A stretch of 64,000 nucleotides of DNA from Lama glama (lineage: Eukaryota), in the NCBI GenBank assembly GCA_028534125.1, contig CM052817.1, positions 8,434,001 through 8,498,000 of the forward strand, in the 5' to 3' direction. Both the position numbers and the translations under genes were made by a program. The notes under the pieces were generated by a model, which was not told the origin of the DNA, did no database searches, and saw nothing but the letters and a program-made list of their open reading frames with translations. Positions 1 to 12,658 of this stretch are shown in pieces (the first letter of the stretch is position 1; each line of letters opens with the position of its first letter).

Positions 1-29
1 AAATGATTTACATGAAATATCTTATTGAA

Positions 30-135
30 TTCTTATCCCATCATGTAGGTAGGTGCAGTCACCAACTTTCTTTTACAAATAAAGAAACTGAGGCCCAGAG
101 AGGGTAAGTGACTTAGCCAAGGTTGTACAGCCCAC
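30..135 (-). mobile_element. MIR SINE fragment
   Basis: Antisense MIR core: ttttacaaataaagaaactgaggcccagagagggtaagtgacttagccaagg. Confidence 0.85.
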
Positions 136-1174
136 ACTGATGGTCAGAGGGATAATCAGTTAATGTGTGTTCAGTGCATGCATGGGCACTTGGATGAAAG
201 CATGCTTGTAGACTTGCTCTCCATCTGGCTCGAGCCTGCTCTTGTAAACTCAAAAATAGAAGACAAAACACTAAGAATTTCATGAAAATGTGTTGCTGTT
301 GGGAAAGAAGAAAGCAAAATCCAGGGTCTAACGCCAGTTAGTCCCTGCTTCTCCTATAGCATCACAACACGTGCCCATCTGCAGGCACACGCAGAGTGCG
401 ACAAATGGAAGCAACTCAGAGATGACGCTTTTACCTCACAAGGGAGAAAACAGGCACAGCGACAGTCGCCCAGGCCCGTGCTTTGCTGTACCTGGTACCA
501 CAGTCTGCTTCTCCTGGCTCCCCATCGATGGCTTGGCACCTGACCCTGCTGTGACTGAGCTTTCACCGTGCAGTCTTCTTGTTTACACCCAAGACTTGCG
601 GGAGATTCCACCGATGTCACCAAGTCCAGTTTGAAATTGTATAACAAGGTCACCTGACTGTGAGGTGATTCGCTCTGCAAGAACCTTGGTCCTCCCAGCC
701 CACACCTCAGATTTGTAACGTCCCATTTCCTCCCATAAGCAAGCTTTTTGCCATCAGTAGGCGAGGGGGAATTTGTCATAAGAATTTTATAACCTTTTTA
801 CCTGTTAGGAATTGGTGCTTTTCTGAGCTCCTTAACAACCACTGTCTTATGTAATCCAGCCAAGTGCCTCTCGGTAGACAGGAAAACTGTCATTATCAAC
901 TCCTTTTGCAGGTGAATTGCATGAGGTTCAGGTATGGCCTCCTCCAGGATCCTCCTGGGACCATGGTGTCATCATCGTGGGAACAGGATGATGGACACTG
1001 CTGCGGAATTCTGGTGACCCTCTCACTTGCCCTCACAAACTGCCTCCACCCGTTCCACCTGCATGTGCTCCAGCTGTGTTCCTCCTTCAGGGCTGCCTTC
1101 TTCCCATGTCATTAGACTGACTCCCATCTTCTGGAACCCAGAGATCTGAATAGCCTGGATGCTCAAGCTAGGAA

Positions 1175-1200
1175 ATGTGCGTGTGTGCGTGTGTGTGTGT
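1175..1200. repeat. (TG)n microsatellite, interrupted
   Basis: tgtgcgtgtgtgcgtgtgtgtgtgt. Confidence 0.8.
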
Positions 1201-2887
1201 AGATCTTGATTAACTTTCCATAAGAGCAATTCAGGATATTTGGACCTGCTACCGCTTACCCCTCTCCCTACTTGTATTTAAACTTCCCTTTCCCCGGTAG
1301 CTAAAAATGCAGTTCCTAGCTCTTTTCCCAGGCTGATTTGCAAAAACAGCTATTCCTACATGCCCACCCAATTTTTCCTCTTTTTTCTTTTTTTTTTAAT
1401 TCTGATTATCTTCTTCTAACCATCACCAAATTTAGCCAAGATAATATAAAACATTTCTCTTGAGCCTGGCCCAGTCTGGTCTCCTCAAGGCTCATATTCC
1501 CTTGGAAATCTAAAAGATGCATGAAAAGAGACAGTTTTTGAACAGTTCCCTGAGCTTCACTGCTTGCATGGCTAGTCAGAGACTCCATCCAAGGAGGACC
1601 TTTGGAGAACCCATAGGTTAGGGAGAGCTGCCCTTGGGCCTCCTTCCCTCTTAAGTCAAAGTGAAGGTTTCAGTTTCAAGCCTCAGGATGGGGGGTGGGG
1701 AGGCCCTCCCACGCAGCAGATCTCCTGCTCAGCAGGTTGAGGGCTGAGAGAGCTGATCAGAGGGAGGTTGGGCACTTGGGCTAAATGGGCGCGTCCTCCA
1801 TTGGAGCCCTGTTGGAAGAAAACACATCAGGCAGTCTAGAAAGTCAGCAAATACAGAGACCCAAGGTCAATGCTGACAGAGGAGGCTGCAAGGAGTCAGG
1901 CTGATTAGCAGCAGCTTTCCCGAAGGCAAGTGGGTTTGAACAATGCTCTGTGTTCTTCTTAACTTGCCCCCTTAAACGGGAAGAATTTTTCAGATATGTG
2001 GTCTTGGGCCACACAGCTTACTTGATGGAAGCCACATCATTGAAAGAATAGAAGATTTTATCCTGAATTAGTGTTAACTGATAAAGAAAATTCAGATGAA
2101 AGGTTCTCAGGTGTTAACAGACTTTGGTAGGAAGAGCATGAAACAGGAGACTTTTGAGGTTTCAGATCCTGCGAACTGGGAGGACCTTTTACATCTCCAT
2201 CCTTCCTGTCCCCAGACTTCCTCAGAGGACCTGCAAGATGCCTGGCCTGGTGCTGGACAGCATGGATTTAAAGACACAGAGGGGCGGTTCCTCTCTCTTG
2301 AAGCTTTAGGGTCCTTTGTAGGGAGGGCTCTGAGGATAATCCTTTTGGGGGCTTGTTGTCACTGCCTTGTGATGATTTTCCCTTCTCCTGGGAAACAGAT
2401 GAGATTAACAGACCATGATGATTGTTTATTGCCCTCAAGCACAGGATGAGCCATTTCTGCAACTAGGCAGGAGGCTGCGCAATGTCTGAAGTGACCTGTA
2501 TTGTTGGGAAATATGCCTGCTTTTTCGAAATATACTTTTACAAAAAGGGTAGGGAAAAAACTGCTGCTCAGTGTCCCACACGAGGGAACTGAAGTGTGTC
2601 TGTAACTTCTGCTTTCTCCCCTCTCACCTGCTTCTTGGAGCAGAAGCCCCGTGGAGCCTGCAGAGCATAGCTGATGTCACCAGCAACCCCTGCGTGGTGC
2701 GCCCTTGAATTCTGAGGCCAGAACCATTGCCCGATTGAAAAGTCTTATCTTCAGGCAGAGATCTGGGAGCAGGGCAAATGATAACTGGGTGTTGTCTGGC
2801 TCTTCCGGGAAAAAAAAGGGGTATGACGTCTTCTCTGTGGGTGCCCTGGAAGCTTTATTTCACTGTCCTGGAAAAAGAGTGAAGTGC

Positions 2888-3346
2888 TGTATTAATTTGC
2901 CAGGGCTGCCGTGTCCAATTACCGTAAACTGAATAACTTAAAAGAAATTTATTTTATCATGGTAGCGGAGGCTAGAAGTCTGCCATCAAGGTGCCTGCAG
3001 GGCTAGGCTCCCTCCTAAGACTCTAGGGAAGGTTCCTCCTTTGCCATTCTCCCACCTTCTGGTGGCAGCCAGAAATTCTTGGCATAGCTTGGCTTTTAGA
3101 CATCACTCCAGTCTTTGCCTCTGTAGTCACCTCGTGTTCTCCCATGTGTGCCTGTGTATTTGTGTCTGAATTTTCTTCTGGTAAGGACACCTGTCATTGA
3201 GCGAAGCCCCGCCTTAATGCAGGAGGACCTCCTGTTAACTTGATCACATCTACGAAGACCCTACTTCCACAGGAGGTCACACTCACAGGTACTAGGGGTT
3301 AAGGATGGAATATGCCCCTCTCAGGGGATACGATTCTACCACAACA
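2888..3346 (-). mobile_element. MaLR solo LTR (MLT1B/C type)
   Basis: tgtatt...acaaca termini, MLT1 motifs (agaaatttatt, gaagtctgccatcaaggtg, aagaccctacttcca), 5-bp TSD agtgc/agcgc. Confidence 0.88.
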
Positions 3347-3546
3347 AGCGCGCTCTGTACTAGGTAGAGAAAGCAGCCCCTGGTTTGGCAGACCCTAGGC
3401 AGCCGTTAGGTGTGTACTCATTCAGCTTTATTCCAAAATGAATGTACCAAGCACTGAATGTTTCCCGTGCATGGTCTGGGTACAGGGGCAGGAAATGCTG
3501 CCAGTGATTCTCCGGACACCAGCTTGCTTTATTCTGTGTCTGGCTC

Positions 3547-3584
3547 TTTGTTTATTTGTTTGTTTGTTTGTTTGTTTTTTGTTT
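3547..3584. repeat. (TTTG)n simple repeat
   Basis: tttgtttatttgtttgtttgtttgtttgttttttgttt. Confidence 0.8.
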
Positions 3585-4084
3585 ATCTGAGTCAAGCAGC
3601 CTCTGTCCACCTCCACGGGTTGGCACGGGGCAGGCTGTTACCTTGGGTGCCTCTCACTGGTCAGTGTTTCATGCCAGGAGAAGGCACCTCTCTCTCCCCT
3701 TTCCTGTCCCTGAAGGCTGGTAGGGGTTCAGAGCCTAGACCTGGGGGCTAGCTGGTCCATTTGTTGCTCCCCCTCTTTCTCTGCTGGGGTGCAGGAGGCT
3801 CCAGGGGCTGAAGTCACCTGACTTCTCATCGGAGGAGGCAGTTGTCTCCACATCTGATCGCTGGGAAGAGGTTGTTGGAGTTGTCAATTTGGCCCTGTTC
3901 GCTTTTCCGGGGGAGAGTATCCTGGTTTGAACCCATTTCTTCAGGGCTCTTGGCATATGGGGAGGAATGAATGAGACATTGCTCCTGGCCTCTTGCAGGG
4001 GCCTGTGTGTTGGTCACATCAAAACCTCTAGAGGGAGCTCAAGGTCTGCTTCCATCTCCTACATCTACTGCCCAATGAAGAAGA

Positions 4085-4567
4085 TGCTCTGATGGATTAA
4101 GGATTGAAAGACACACACACAAAGCCACAATGCTAGGTGGATGGGAATATTTAGTAGGAAGAAAGAAGGAAGGCTTAGGTTTGGTTGAGGCAAGCAGGGG
4201 CTAGCAGTTCACTCTTTATTTGTGAGTCCAGTGAGGACAAGACAGGTCCTACGGCCTTTCCTGGCTGGCAGGCAGCTTTTTACCCTGGAAGGCCATGGGC
4301 AGGACGCTGTCCGTGGGAAAAGGAGTGTGGGGAGGACAGCTGAGGCCAGTTCTCCCCTAGGTGGGTGGTGATGGTTTGCGGGGATTTTCTGCTCTGTTCT
4401 TCTTCCTCCATTGGAGTAGGAAGAGCTGAGGACCGTGTTCTTGAACTGAAGTGATTAAAGGGGCCATTGAAACTCAAAGGTGGGTCCAGTGTAGGAGAAA
4501 TGTGGGGTTAAACCTAAATTAGTAGTATTAATGGGAATTCACTGGGCCACCCTGCCCCTGTGTCACA
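4085..4567 (-). mobile_element. Possible old LTR fragment, family not assigned
   Basis: LTR-like composition ending in tgtcaca; no clear TSD. Confidence 0.3.
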
Positions 4568-4674
4568 AAAACTCTGGATGGGATTCAAGGTCCTGAGCAC
4601 ACCTCCCACCTTTTAGGACAGAAAAGAGAGGCATGTGACGATAGAAAAGAGGGCAGCCCATTTTGCTAAAAAAG

Positions 4675-4860
4675 CCACCTTAACAGTTGGGTGATACTGA
4701 ATAAGTTACTTCGCTTCCTGGAAATTTAGTTTCTCTAACTATAAAATGAGGATATTACTGGCTTAAAAAGCTCATGAGATTTATAAGTTAAAAAAATAAA
4801 AACAGCTAGTATAATATATAGCACATAGTAAGTGTTCAACAATTGGTAACTATTATGATA
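4675..4860 (+). mobile_element. MIR SINE
   Basis: aagttactt...agtttctctaactataaaatgagga...gcacatagtaagtgttcaacaa. Confidence 0.75.
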
Positions 4861-4879
4861 GATGCACTTCTGTACTTAA

Positions 4880-5097
4880 TGATAATGGATGCCACAATGA
4901 GCACTTAGGAACAGGCAATGCTAAATACCTTGTGTTATCTCATTCAAACACACCTGCAATCCCGCCCCCCCATAGGTTATTATCACCCCCATTCTCCACG
5001 TGATAAAGCCGAAGCTTAGCAAGGCTAAATAACTTGCCCAGGGTCACAGACCTAGTAACTGTCAGAGCTGGATTTGAATAAAGGTTGGTCTGTGTCA
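4880..5097 (-). mobile_element. MIR SINE
   Basis: ttattatcacccccattctcc...taacttgcccagggtcacagacctagtaactgtcagagctggatttgaa. Confidence 0.8.
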
Positions 5098-5629
5098 TAT
5101 GAATTCTTTAATGGTCTCTCAAAGGGTGATCTTGAGTCAACCAACGGTACATTCTAAGCCCTTGTGATTCTGCTCTATGTGTCAGTGCATCAGAGGTCCT
5201 GTATGAGCACATCTGGATGGGGGATGGCCAGCCTCAGCTGCTCCCGGGGATTCATGCCTTTGAAGGAGGCATTAGCTGTGAAATAACCCTCTCCTCCTTG
5301 AAGCTGAGGAAGCCGATGTATCCGACGCCACTTCTTAATCAAGGAGACTATCCATCTCCCGTTGTCATTTGATCTTTCTTGAAACAACAGCCACAAATCT
5401 CCAGGCAGCACAGACGTGACGCAGACAAAATGAAAAAGGAGGAAGTCGCATCTTTCTCTCATTAATGGGAGGGGAGAAAACACAGGGCTTCTGCCTTGAG
5501 TGTTTTGGGGGCATGTTATTTTTGGAAAAGAACATTTTGTGATTTTTGTTGTTTGATTTCTGAGAAGGCTTTCTTTTAAAATTTTTTCAGTAAGTTGCTG
5601 ATTCCAAAGGAATAGTAGATTGAGCAATA

Positions 5630-6380
5630 ACAATCAATCAGCAAAGGTATATTGAGTTCTATGTGCAAGGCGTGGAGGTAGAGACACAGACACTGCAAGG
5701 CTTTGTCCCTCCTCTTTAGATTCTTAGAACCTACTAAGAAAGTTCATATGGCTCTGCATGTGCAAAGCTCAGAAAATATGGCAATCTGATCTACTGTAGT
5801 TCGCAGGAGAGGTAACTATTGTAGAACCCTGAAGAATGTGTGGTCTTTCATTGTTCATTCAACAAATGTGAATTAAACGCCTTCTGTTTATGTAGCAGGC
5901 ACTGGGAAAAGAAAGCTGAATAAGACCTTGTCACTACCCTTGAAAAGCTTGTGGTCCAGAACAGACACAGATTTAGAATTATAACCCAAGAGATGCTGTG
6001 AAATAAGTCATAGAAATATGTACAAATAAATGATGTCATGGTTGAAGACATGGTCAAACCCACCTAGGGGAGAGAGAGATCCCAAAGACTTCACAGAAAA
6101 GCCAATACTCAAGATGGGTATTGGAGGATGGAGACCAATGGATCAGAAGGAAGACGAGGAAAGGTAGTCCAGGCAAAAAAGCAACACACACAAAGATTTG
6201 TGGGCTAGTGCCACGTGGCTGAGGCTCTGCTTATAACTGGGAGTGATGAGGGCTTTGGGGGAGCATGAAGAGATGAGGCTAGAGAGGTAGTGGGGCATAC
6301 CCACATCTGGAGGCAATGAGGGACTCATTCAAGGACTTGAAGAAGGGGGATGACCTGGTCATACGTTGTTTTAGAAACAA
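5630..6380 (-). mobile_element. L2 LINE 3' fragments
   Basis: Antisense L2 3' ends (ttcattcaacaaatgtgaatt...caggcactggg) followed by purine-rich L2 body. Confidence 0.7.
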
Positions 6381-6436
6381 GGGTCACATAGTTTAGTTAG
6401 GGCACAGATAATTAAACAAGCCCACGTAATAAGCGC

Positions 6437-6677
6437 TCTTAAGGGCCGAATCTTGTGTCCACTCCCAAATTAATATGTTGAGATCCTAACCCCAGTGTGA
6501 TGGTATTAGGAAGTGGGGTCTTTAGGAGGTAATTAGGTCATGAGGGTGGAGCACTCATGAATGGAATTAATGTCCTTATAAAGAGACCCCAGAGAGTTCT
6601 CTTTCTCTGTCTCTACCAGATGGGGACACAGTGAGAAAACACCATTAATGAACCTGTCAAGACACTGTTTATGAATC
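6437..6677 (+). mobile_element. MLT1A-type MaLR LTR, 5' part
   Basis: tatgttgagatcctaaccccagtgtgatggtattaggaagtggggtctttaggaggtaattaggtcatgaggg. Confidence 0.85.
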
Positions 6678-7198
6678 TGTGGGGTGAAATCAAATGCACA
6701 ACCAAGAAGCTGAGAGTTACGCTGTATTTGGTGGACTTCCTGAGGACTCAAGCCCGGGACACAGCCTCCCAGACTGCTCTAAGAGACTGTTTCAAAGTGG
6801 CAAGGCAGAAGCCAGGACATACAGGAATTTTTGTAACAAAGATTAGGTAACCAGAACATCAAAAGATTACTGCTAATTAAAGAAAACCAGATATCTGAAG
6901 TCAAAGAGTTTAGTGCTTTTCTTTGTGTGGGAAGATGCAAAGGACTGGGCTCCCTGAAATCCTTTCTTCGATGTGCACCTAGCTGTCCAGGGTCAGTATC
7001 CTTTTCTTCCACATCCAGGGTTCCCTCAGGGTGCATGGCTGGAGATGGCTGCAGAGGCTGGACCGCTTGCTTGACTGCATCCTGAGTTCCCTCTGCGCAA
7101 TGTCGGTGGGGTAGGGCTGGGTGGAGGTAGCAGCTGACGACTTGAATGCTACAGCTTTCTTTGATTACTGATATGGCTAGCAATATTTTTCATTCATG
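6678..7198 (-). mobile_element. MER41-like ERV1 solo LTR nested in MLT1A
   Basis: gaacatcaaaagattactgctaattaaagaaaaccagatatctgaagt and gggaagatgcaaagg blocks resemble artiodactyl MER41-like LTRs; splits the MLT1A element; possible 4-bp TSD aatc/aacc. Confidence 0.8.
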
Positions 7199-7349
7199 AA
7201 CCAGGAAAAGGACCCTCACCAGACACCGAATCTGCTTGTGCCTTGATCTTAGACTTTCCAGTCTCCAAATCTGTGAGAAATAAATATTTGTTGCTCAAGC
7301 CATCCACTTTATGATATTTTTGTTATAGCAGACCAGTCTGACTAGGACA
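7199..7349 (+). mobile_element. MLT1A-type MaLR LTR, 3' part
   Basis: ccctcaccagacaccgaatctgcttgtgccttgatcttagactttccag...gtgagaaataaat...gactaggaca. Confidence 0.85.
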
Positions 7350-7479
7350 AGTACTGTGATGGAGTAGTGGGGTTCCTATAGGAATCTTTTATAGACTGAA
7401 CCTATCTACTGAAGACTTCTTGGAAGAAGTGACATCAGCAAAATAGCATAATGAAGGCGGGAGTGCATTAGAAGGAGAC

Positions 7480-8130
7480 AGTTCCCTGACCCTTTAGTCA
7501 AGGGAAGAGATGATGGCCACCTAGACCCAGATAGTTGTGGGAGAGATGGAGAAAAGTTCATTAAACGAGAAATTACTTCGGAGGTGAAAGAGTGGGACCT
7601 AGTGATTGTTTGGATAGCCTGAGATGCTGAGGGGAGGTAGAAGGGCAGCAATGAAGAAGGAGGAATCAGGGAGACCTGGGGGAATGGTGAGGACGTTCAC
7701 AGAGACGCGGGTCACAGCAGGAGGAGCTGCTTGCGGTAAAGGAGACTGCATTGTGGGAGACAGAAATTCACTGTGTGTTGCCTGCAGTGTATGGGGAGTA
7801 CTGGGTAGGAAAGAGTGAGGGAGAAAGGAGAAAACAGTAAATCAATTTAACAAACATTGAGCTGCCCCTGTGCCTCAGGTTCTGGGATATTTGCTGGGAA
7901 CAAACACCAGTCAACAGAATAGTCTCAAGAAACTCTACAATCTAGTAAGAGATGAGGTGGGCACATTTCAACACGATGTGTTCACGTGTTGATAGACATG
8001 TACAACACGGGACAAATTTTGAACAGCACCTATTCTACGCCAGGATGGCACTAGTGCTGCAGACATGGTAGTAAGAGAGCCCAACAAGAGCCTTTCCTTC
8101 AAGGAGATAGCATTTTATTGGAGAAAGTCA
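7480..8130 (-). mobile_element. L2 fragments
   Basis: Purine-rich antisense L2 body and two L2 3' ends (caatttaacaaacattgagc...). Confidence 0.6.
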
Positions 8131-8133
8131 ATA

Positions 8134-8186
8134 AGAAAGGAAGGAAGGAAGGAAAGGAGGGAGGGAGGGACGGAGGGAGGGAAAAA
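8134..8186. repeat. (GGAA)n/(GGGA)n purine tract
   Basis: gaaaggaaggaaggaaggaaaggagggagggagggacggagggaggg. Confidence 0.85.
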
Positions 8187-8194
8187 GGTTAGTT

Positions 8195-8471
8195 AGGAAA
8201 AGTCTCAGACTGCCATGGAGTCTAAGAAGGTTTCAGCAAACAGATGGGAGTTTCAGCCACGGTCACTGGTCAGAGGAGTCCTATTTCTCCCAGGAAAAGC
8301 CTGCCTTAGTGTCCCTGCCTGCCCTGCTCAGCCACCGGCCAGGAACAGCCTATGGGAAGTGCAGCCTAGAGCATGTGCGTGGGTAGATTTCAGAAAACAA
8401 CCGCTGAGGTCCTTAGACAACTGCACTCCAGCATTTGGAGGTCTGCAATGCGATTATTATAGCTGCCCCAA
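8195..8471 (-). mobile_element. LTR16-family (ERVL) LTR fragment
   Basis: cagaggagtcc...ctgctcagccaccggccagga...caactgcactcc...atagctgcccca resembles antisense LTR16. Confidence 0.6.
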
Positions 8472-8479
8472 CTATGAAG

Positions 8480-8960
8480 CTGGTAATCCAGATGCTGAGA
8501 GAGAATAACTTGGGAAAGTGAATACTTAGATGATCAGGGATGGATGTCTCTGGGGAGATGACATTTAACCTACAGAAGAATGAAAAAGATGAAGCCATGC
8601 AGAAAGCCTGGGGAAAGCATTTAAGTAGAGAAACAGCAGTGCAAAGGCCCTGTGGCGGTATCCAAGAGTCCCTTGAAGGCCAATGTGATTGGAATGTAAT
8701 CAGAAAAAGAGAAAAGTGGCAGAAGTTGTAGATAGGATGATAATCCAGGGTTTTGCAAATCATTTTAAGGAGTTTACATTTTATTCTAACTGCAAAGGAG
8801 AGCCAGTAGGGAATTAAGTTGGGTAGTGATACTATCTGACTTTTATTTTAAGAAGACTGCTCTGGCTGCTGATAGAAAATGGTATACGGTTTTTCAAGAG
8901 TGGAAATGAATTAGACGGTGGCAGATGATAATGATTTACACAGTCTAGGTGCACTGACTC
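8480..8960 (-). mobile_element. L2 fragment
   Basis: cagcagtgcaaaggccctg...ttttattctaactgcaaaggagagccag...gactgctctggctgctg. Confidence 0.8.
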
Positions 8961-9493
8961 AATCTGGGATTGCAAGGTGGTGCTGGTGTGATGAGAAAAG
9001 GCTTTGTGGGGGAGAAGTCACCTGAGCTGACCTTAAAGGGGTGGGTTTTTAGGGCAAGAAAGAAGGTGACATTTAAGGTGAACTTCACTGGCTTTCTGAA
9101 GGGAGGAGTGATCTTACAGCACTTTTCAAAAATCACTTCGCTAAAACACAGAGCCAAAGCAGTCTTTAATTTAGTGCCTTTTATAGGACAGAATATAGTT
9201 CAGAAGTAACCAAGGACATTCACAGGTGAAAAGTACTTAAATCAGAGAGACAGAGTAGTTAGGGAAAGGAGACCAACCATTTCTTTTTTTATGGCAGAGA
9301 ACATTAACTGAATACCTCAGAGGCTGAAGCAAAGAAACAGAGAGAACACTTGTCTTCCTTATCATCTTGGCTCTGAATCCAAACTGGAGCCGCCGTGCGC
9401 CATTTTGAACGTGGAGGACTCAGGGGAAGTCAATTTTGGATGGTACTGGAGGATTGTTTTTCAGAACCATTCTTTGCTACTCCTTTCTATGTT

Positions 9494-9530
9494 AACAACA
9501 ACAATGACAACAACAACAACAACAACAAAA
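9494..9530. repeat. (CAA)n microsatellite
   Basis: aacaacaacaatgacaacaacaacaacaacaacaaaa. Confidence 0.85.
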
Positions 9531-10169
9531 ACCTCTGTCTGCAATCACAGCAATGCTACCGAGGACTAAAATCGCAGACCAGACTCCACAATACCAGGTC
9601 ACATTGCTTCCTCTGCCCCCTGTTGGCTTTCTTCCAGGTTCTGTATTTTGATGGTTAGCCATTCCTCTTCTTTTCATTCCTCACTGGCCCTGCCTTAGGT
9701 TTATACTTTCGAAATGGATTCTAAACCATTCTCCCAAACTGTACACAGGTCGAGTGACAATGATGGCTTGCTGGGCAAAAGCAGCCCCCAAGTGCATTTC
9801 ACTGTGCTTTTTTGTCTAAGATGCTTTACAGAAGATGTCAAAATTGAAAAATCACATGATTTTACATAAAAATCCACATCAGAAATTGACACAGTGTAAC
9901 TGACTGTACTTCAATAATACAAGAAAAATTTCTACATTTCCAGATTCTTTTGAAAATTTGAACAATCTTACCTCACTGGTTCACATGGATCAGCAGCTGG
10001 GTGAGGCTGAATAGTGGCTGTTCCTTTTAGCTTGGGCATCGGATTTCTCTCCGTTTTGTCATAATCTTTCTCCCTTACTATTGTTTTATACTCTTCTTTC
10101 TTGTTACCTGTCTGAACGTGAAGTAGGAGGGAGGTAGGCGTTATTTCAATATGAAGGCGTTACTCTACA

Positions 10170-10495
10170 GACCTATTTTTCTAAAACACAATTCTGATCA
10201 TGTCACACTTGTGTTTTAAAAACCATCACCAGCCTGCTTATCTGACAAATTAAGTTCAAAGTCTTCACCCTAGCACAGAAAGGCCTTTATAACCTGATCT
10301 GAACCTTTCTGGGGATCTCTTTCCAAAACCACACTCTTCTTGGAAGCGACCTGAAAGGCTGTGCCCTGTTGTACACCCAGGTCTCTTGCCCATGTAATTC
10401 CCTCCTTCCAGCTGGAATGCTGTTTCTTCTCTTACCCACCTGGTGAACATCTACTCTTTAGCCTCCGTTCAAATATAAATTCTCTTACCTACAGA
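10170..10495 (+). mobile_element. L2 fragment
   Basis: ttttctaaaacacaattctgatcatgtcacac...ttccagctggaatgctgttt. Confidence 0.75.
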
Positions 10496-10601
10496 CTAGA
10501 GTAGTAAAACCTACTGTTCTGATACCAGTGGATTCTGATGGGAATCAAATGACATAATGTCCTTTGTAAAAGCACTTGGAAACTGCAGAGTAATATATGA
10601 A

Positions 10602-10646
10602 TGAATGGAATTAGTATAGAAAAGTGAATGGAATTAGTATAGAAAA
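10602..10646. repeat. Tandem duplication, period 23
   Basis: tgaatggaattagtatagaaaa occurs twice, separated by one g. Confidence 0.9.
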
Positions 10647-10704
10647 TGACATATTCTTAACTTGCTTTAGGTGATTTAACTGTATTATTTCTGCAGAGAA
10701 CAGT

Positions 10705-10830
10705 AACCTGAAAGGCAGGAGGCCTGAAATATGGTTCCAATTTCTTTGCCAATTAGCTGGATGATTTGGGGAAAGTCCTTTTGCCACTCCAGACCTCAGT
10801 TTCCAGAGCCAGCTTTTGAAAGTGTAAGGT
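10705..10830 (+). mobile_element. MIR fragment
   Basis: tttgccaattagctggatgatttggggaaagtc...cctcagtttcc. Confidence 0.6.
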
Positions 10831-11604
10831 TCTTCCTTCTGTTTTTTTTTTCTTTAGTCTTCCGAGGAGTAAAGCACTTTTCTTATACATAAAGGCTTTC
10901 ATCCTTCCACATTTGCTATGGCATATTAACCATAATAAAATAATGAATATACAGTAATTAGTTTTTTTTTTCATTAAATATACAAATCAGCAACAAAAGC
11001 TATTGTGTGGAGCTGATTACTAACATTTTCCTAACCTGTTTTCATTATTTAATCAACAAATGGAAGCTTCAGAGATCAGGATTGAAAGATCTCAGCAGCT
11101 GTATTGCAGTGTCTCATTCGGTCTCATCTAGTCTTTTGCTCTATCCTCAGATGACAGTTACCATATCTGGCTTCCCGTATTACTTGACAGTTACCCACGT
11201 GATTGGTGCATTTGAGGAGAAGAATTGGGAGGGGTGGGAGTGTGGAGGAAACGAGGAGTGTACTTGGAGGGGAAGAAAACTTCATCCTTTCCTTATTTTC
11301 TAAATTGCAGCTTGTAAAGTTGATTCACTGACTGCTGGTTTAAAATGGTATCTGCTAACAGCTCCTGGTACAGCTTCTCTGTAATGTGCAATAAAATGCC
11401 TGCGAAGGTTTAAAAGAAGATGTAAACTCAAAACACAGCCATAAACTTGGGCTGACAATCAACTGAAGGTTGGAGCCAGGAGAATTTTTTTTTCCACCTT
11501 TAAGGTCAGTGGAACTTGAGAGAAGAACACATTCCATGGGCTTGCATGTGCTATTGGGGAATTATTCCACAGAGAAAAGGTGGACACAACCATTATCCTT
11601 CTTC

Positions 11605-12070
11605 TGTTGTGTATCCCCCATTTTGTGCATCCCTGAATCGATCCCTTGGTGGAAATTAACATCTACCTGGAACTTCAGAATGTGACCTCATTTGGAAATA
11701 GGGTCTCTGCAGATACAGTTAAGATGAGGGTCCAGATAAGATCATCTGGATTCAGGTTGGTTCTAAATCTAGTTGGAGTGTTCTTATAAGGGACAGAAAA
11801 GGACACACAGAGACACACAGAGAGAATTTGGCCACGTGAAGACTAAGGCAGAGACTGGGATGATGTGGCCACAAGCCAAGAATGCCAGAAGCCACCAGAG
11901 CCAGAAGAAGCAATGAAGCTTTCTCCTCTGGAGCCTCCAGAGGCAGCATGGCCCTGCTGACATCTTTATTTGGACTTCTGACCTCCACAACTGTGAAAGA
12001 ACAAATTCCTGTTGTTTTTAAGCCTCCAAATTTGTGGTAACTTGTTATGGCCCTAGGAGGCTAACCCATA
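11605..12070 (+). mobile_element. MaLR solo LTR (MLT1B/C type)
   Basis: cagaatgtgacctcatttggaaatagggtctctgcagat...ggacttctgacctccacaactgtgaaagaacaaatt. Confidence 0.88.
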
Positions 12071-12090
12071 CTGAAAAACTCACTTTCTAT

Positions 12091-12394
12091 CAGGGGTTGA
12101 AAATTCAAACTCCTAAGGTAACAAAAATGAGTGGGCTGACCAGGGAAAGGACTGAGGAAAACTGAAGAAGATATGTTTTATGTAAAGACAACCAATTTTT
12201 GTCTTGCAAGAACACAGGGACAAATTTGCCAGATTTTTCCATAGCTGAGCAGAAGCTGGAAATCTAGGTCTTATTTGTATGCTCTCATTTGTCTAGATTT
12301 AGTATTGCACCAATATTTAAAAAATGATGCCGACCATTTCAAACATGTCTGAGGGTTAGACTCCTCCTATGGGTGGCTGGTTTGCTGCCTCCTG
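12091..12394. mobile_element. MER102-like hAT-Charlie DNA transposon relic
   Basis: caggggttgaaaattcaaa...ggtttgctgcctcctg terminal inverted repeats; internal tttgccagattttt...agaagctggaaatc. Confidence 0.7.
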
Positions 12395-12612
12395 TCTGTT
12401 CTTCGCAGCCATCTTTATCCCGGGTGGCCTTTCCATTTTATGAGGCAAGTTCTGGTCTCTCTCCTCTCTTATTATTTATTTTACTACCTCAGAGATGGCC
12501 ATTGTCCGAGGACAAGCGAGAAGGAGGACGTTAATGGCAGTGATGCACAGCCACCCAGGGTGGGTTCCTGTGCCTTTGGTGGGGAGGAGAAGTGGGAAGA
12601 CCCTAGTAGCAG

Positions 12613-12616
<4 letters not shown>

Positions 12617-12654
<38 letters not shown>

Positions 12655-12658
12655 TGTG
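12617..12658. repeat. (TG)n microsatellite
   Basis: About 17 uninterrupted TG units plus a short extension. Confidence 0.95.
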
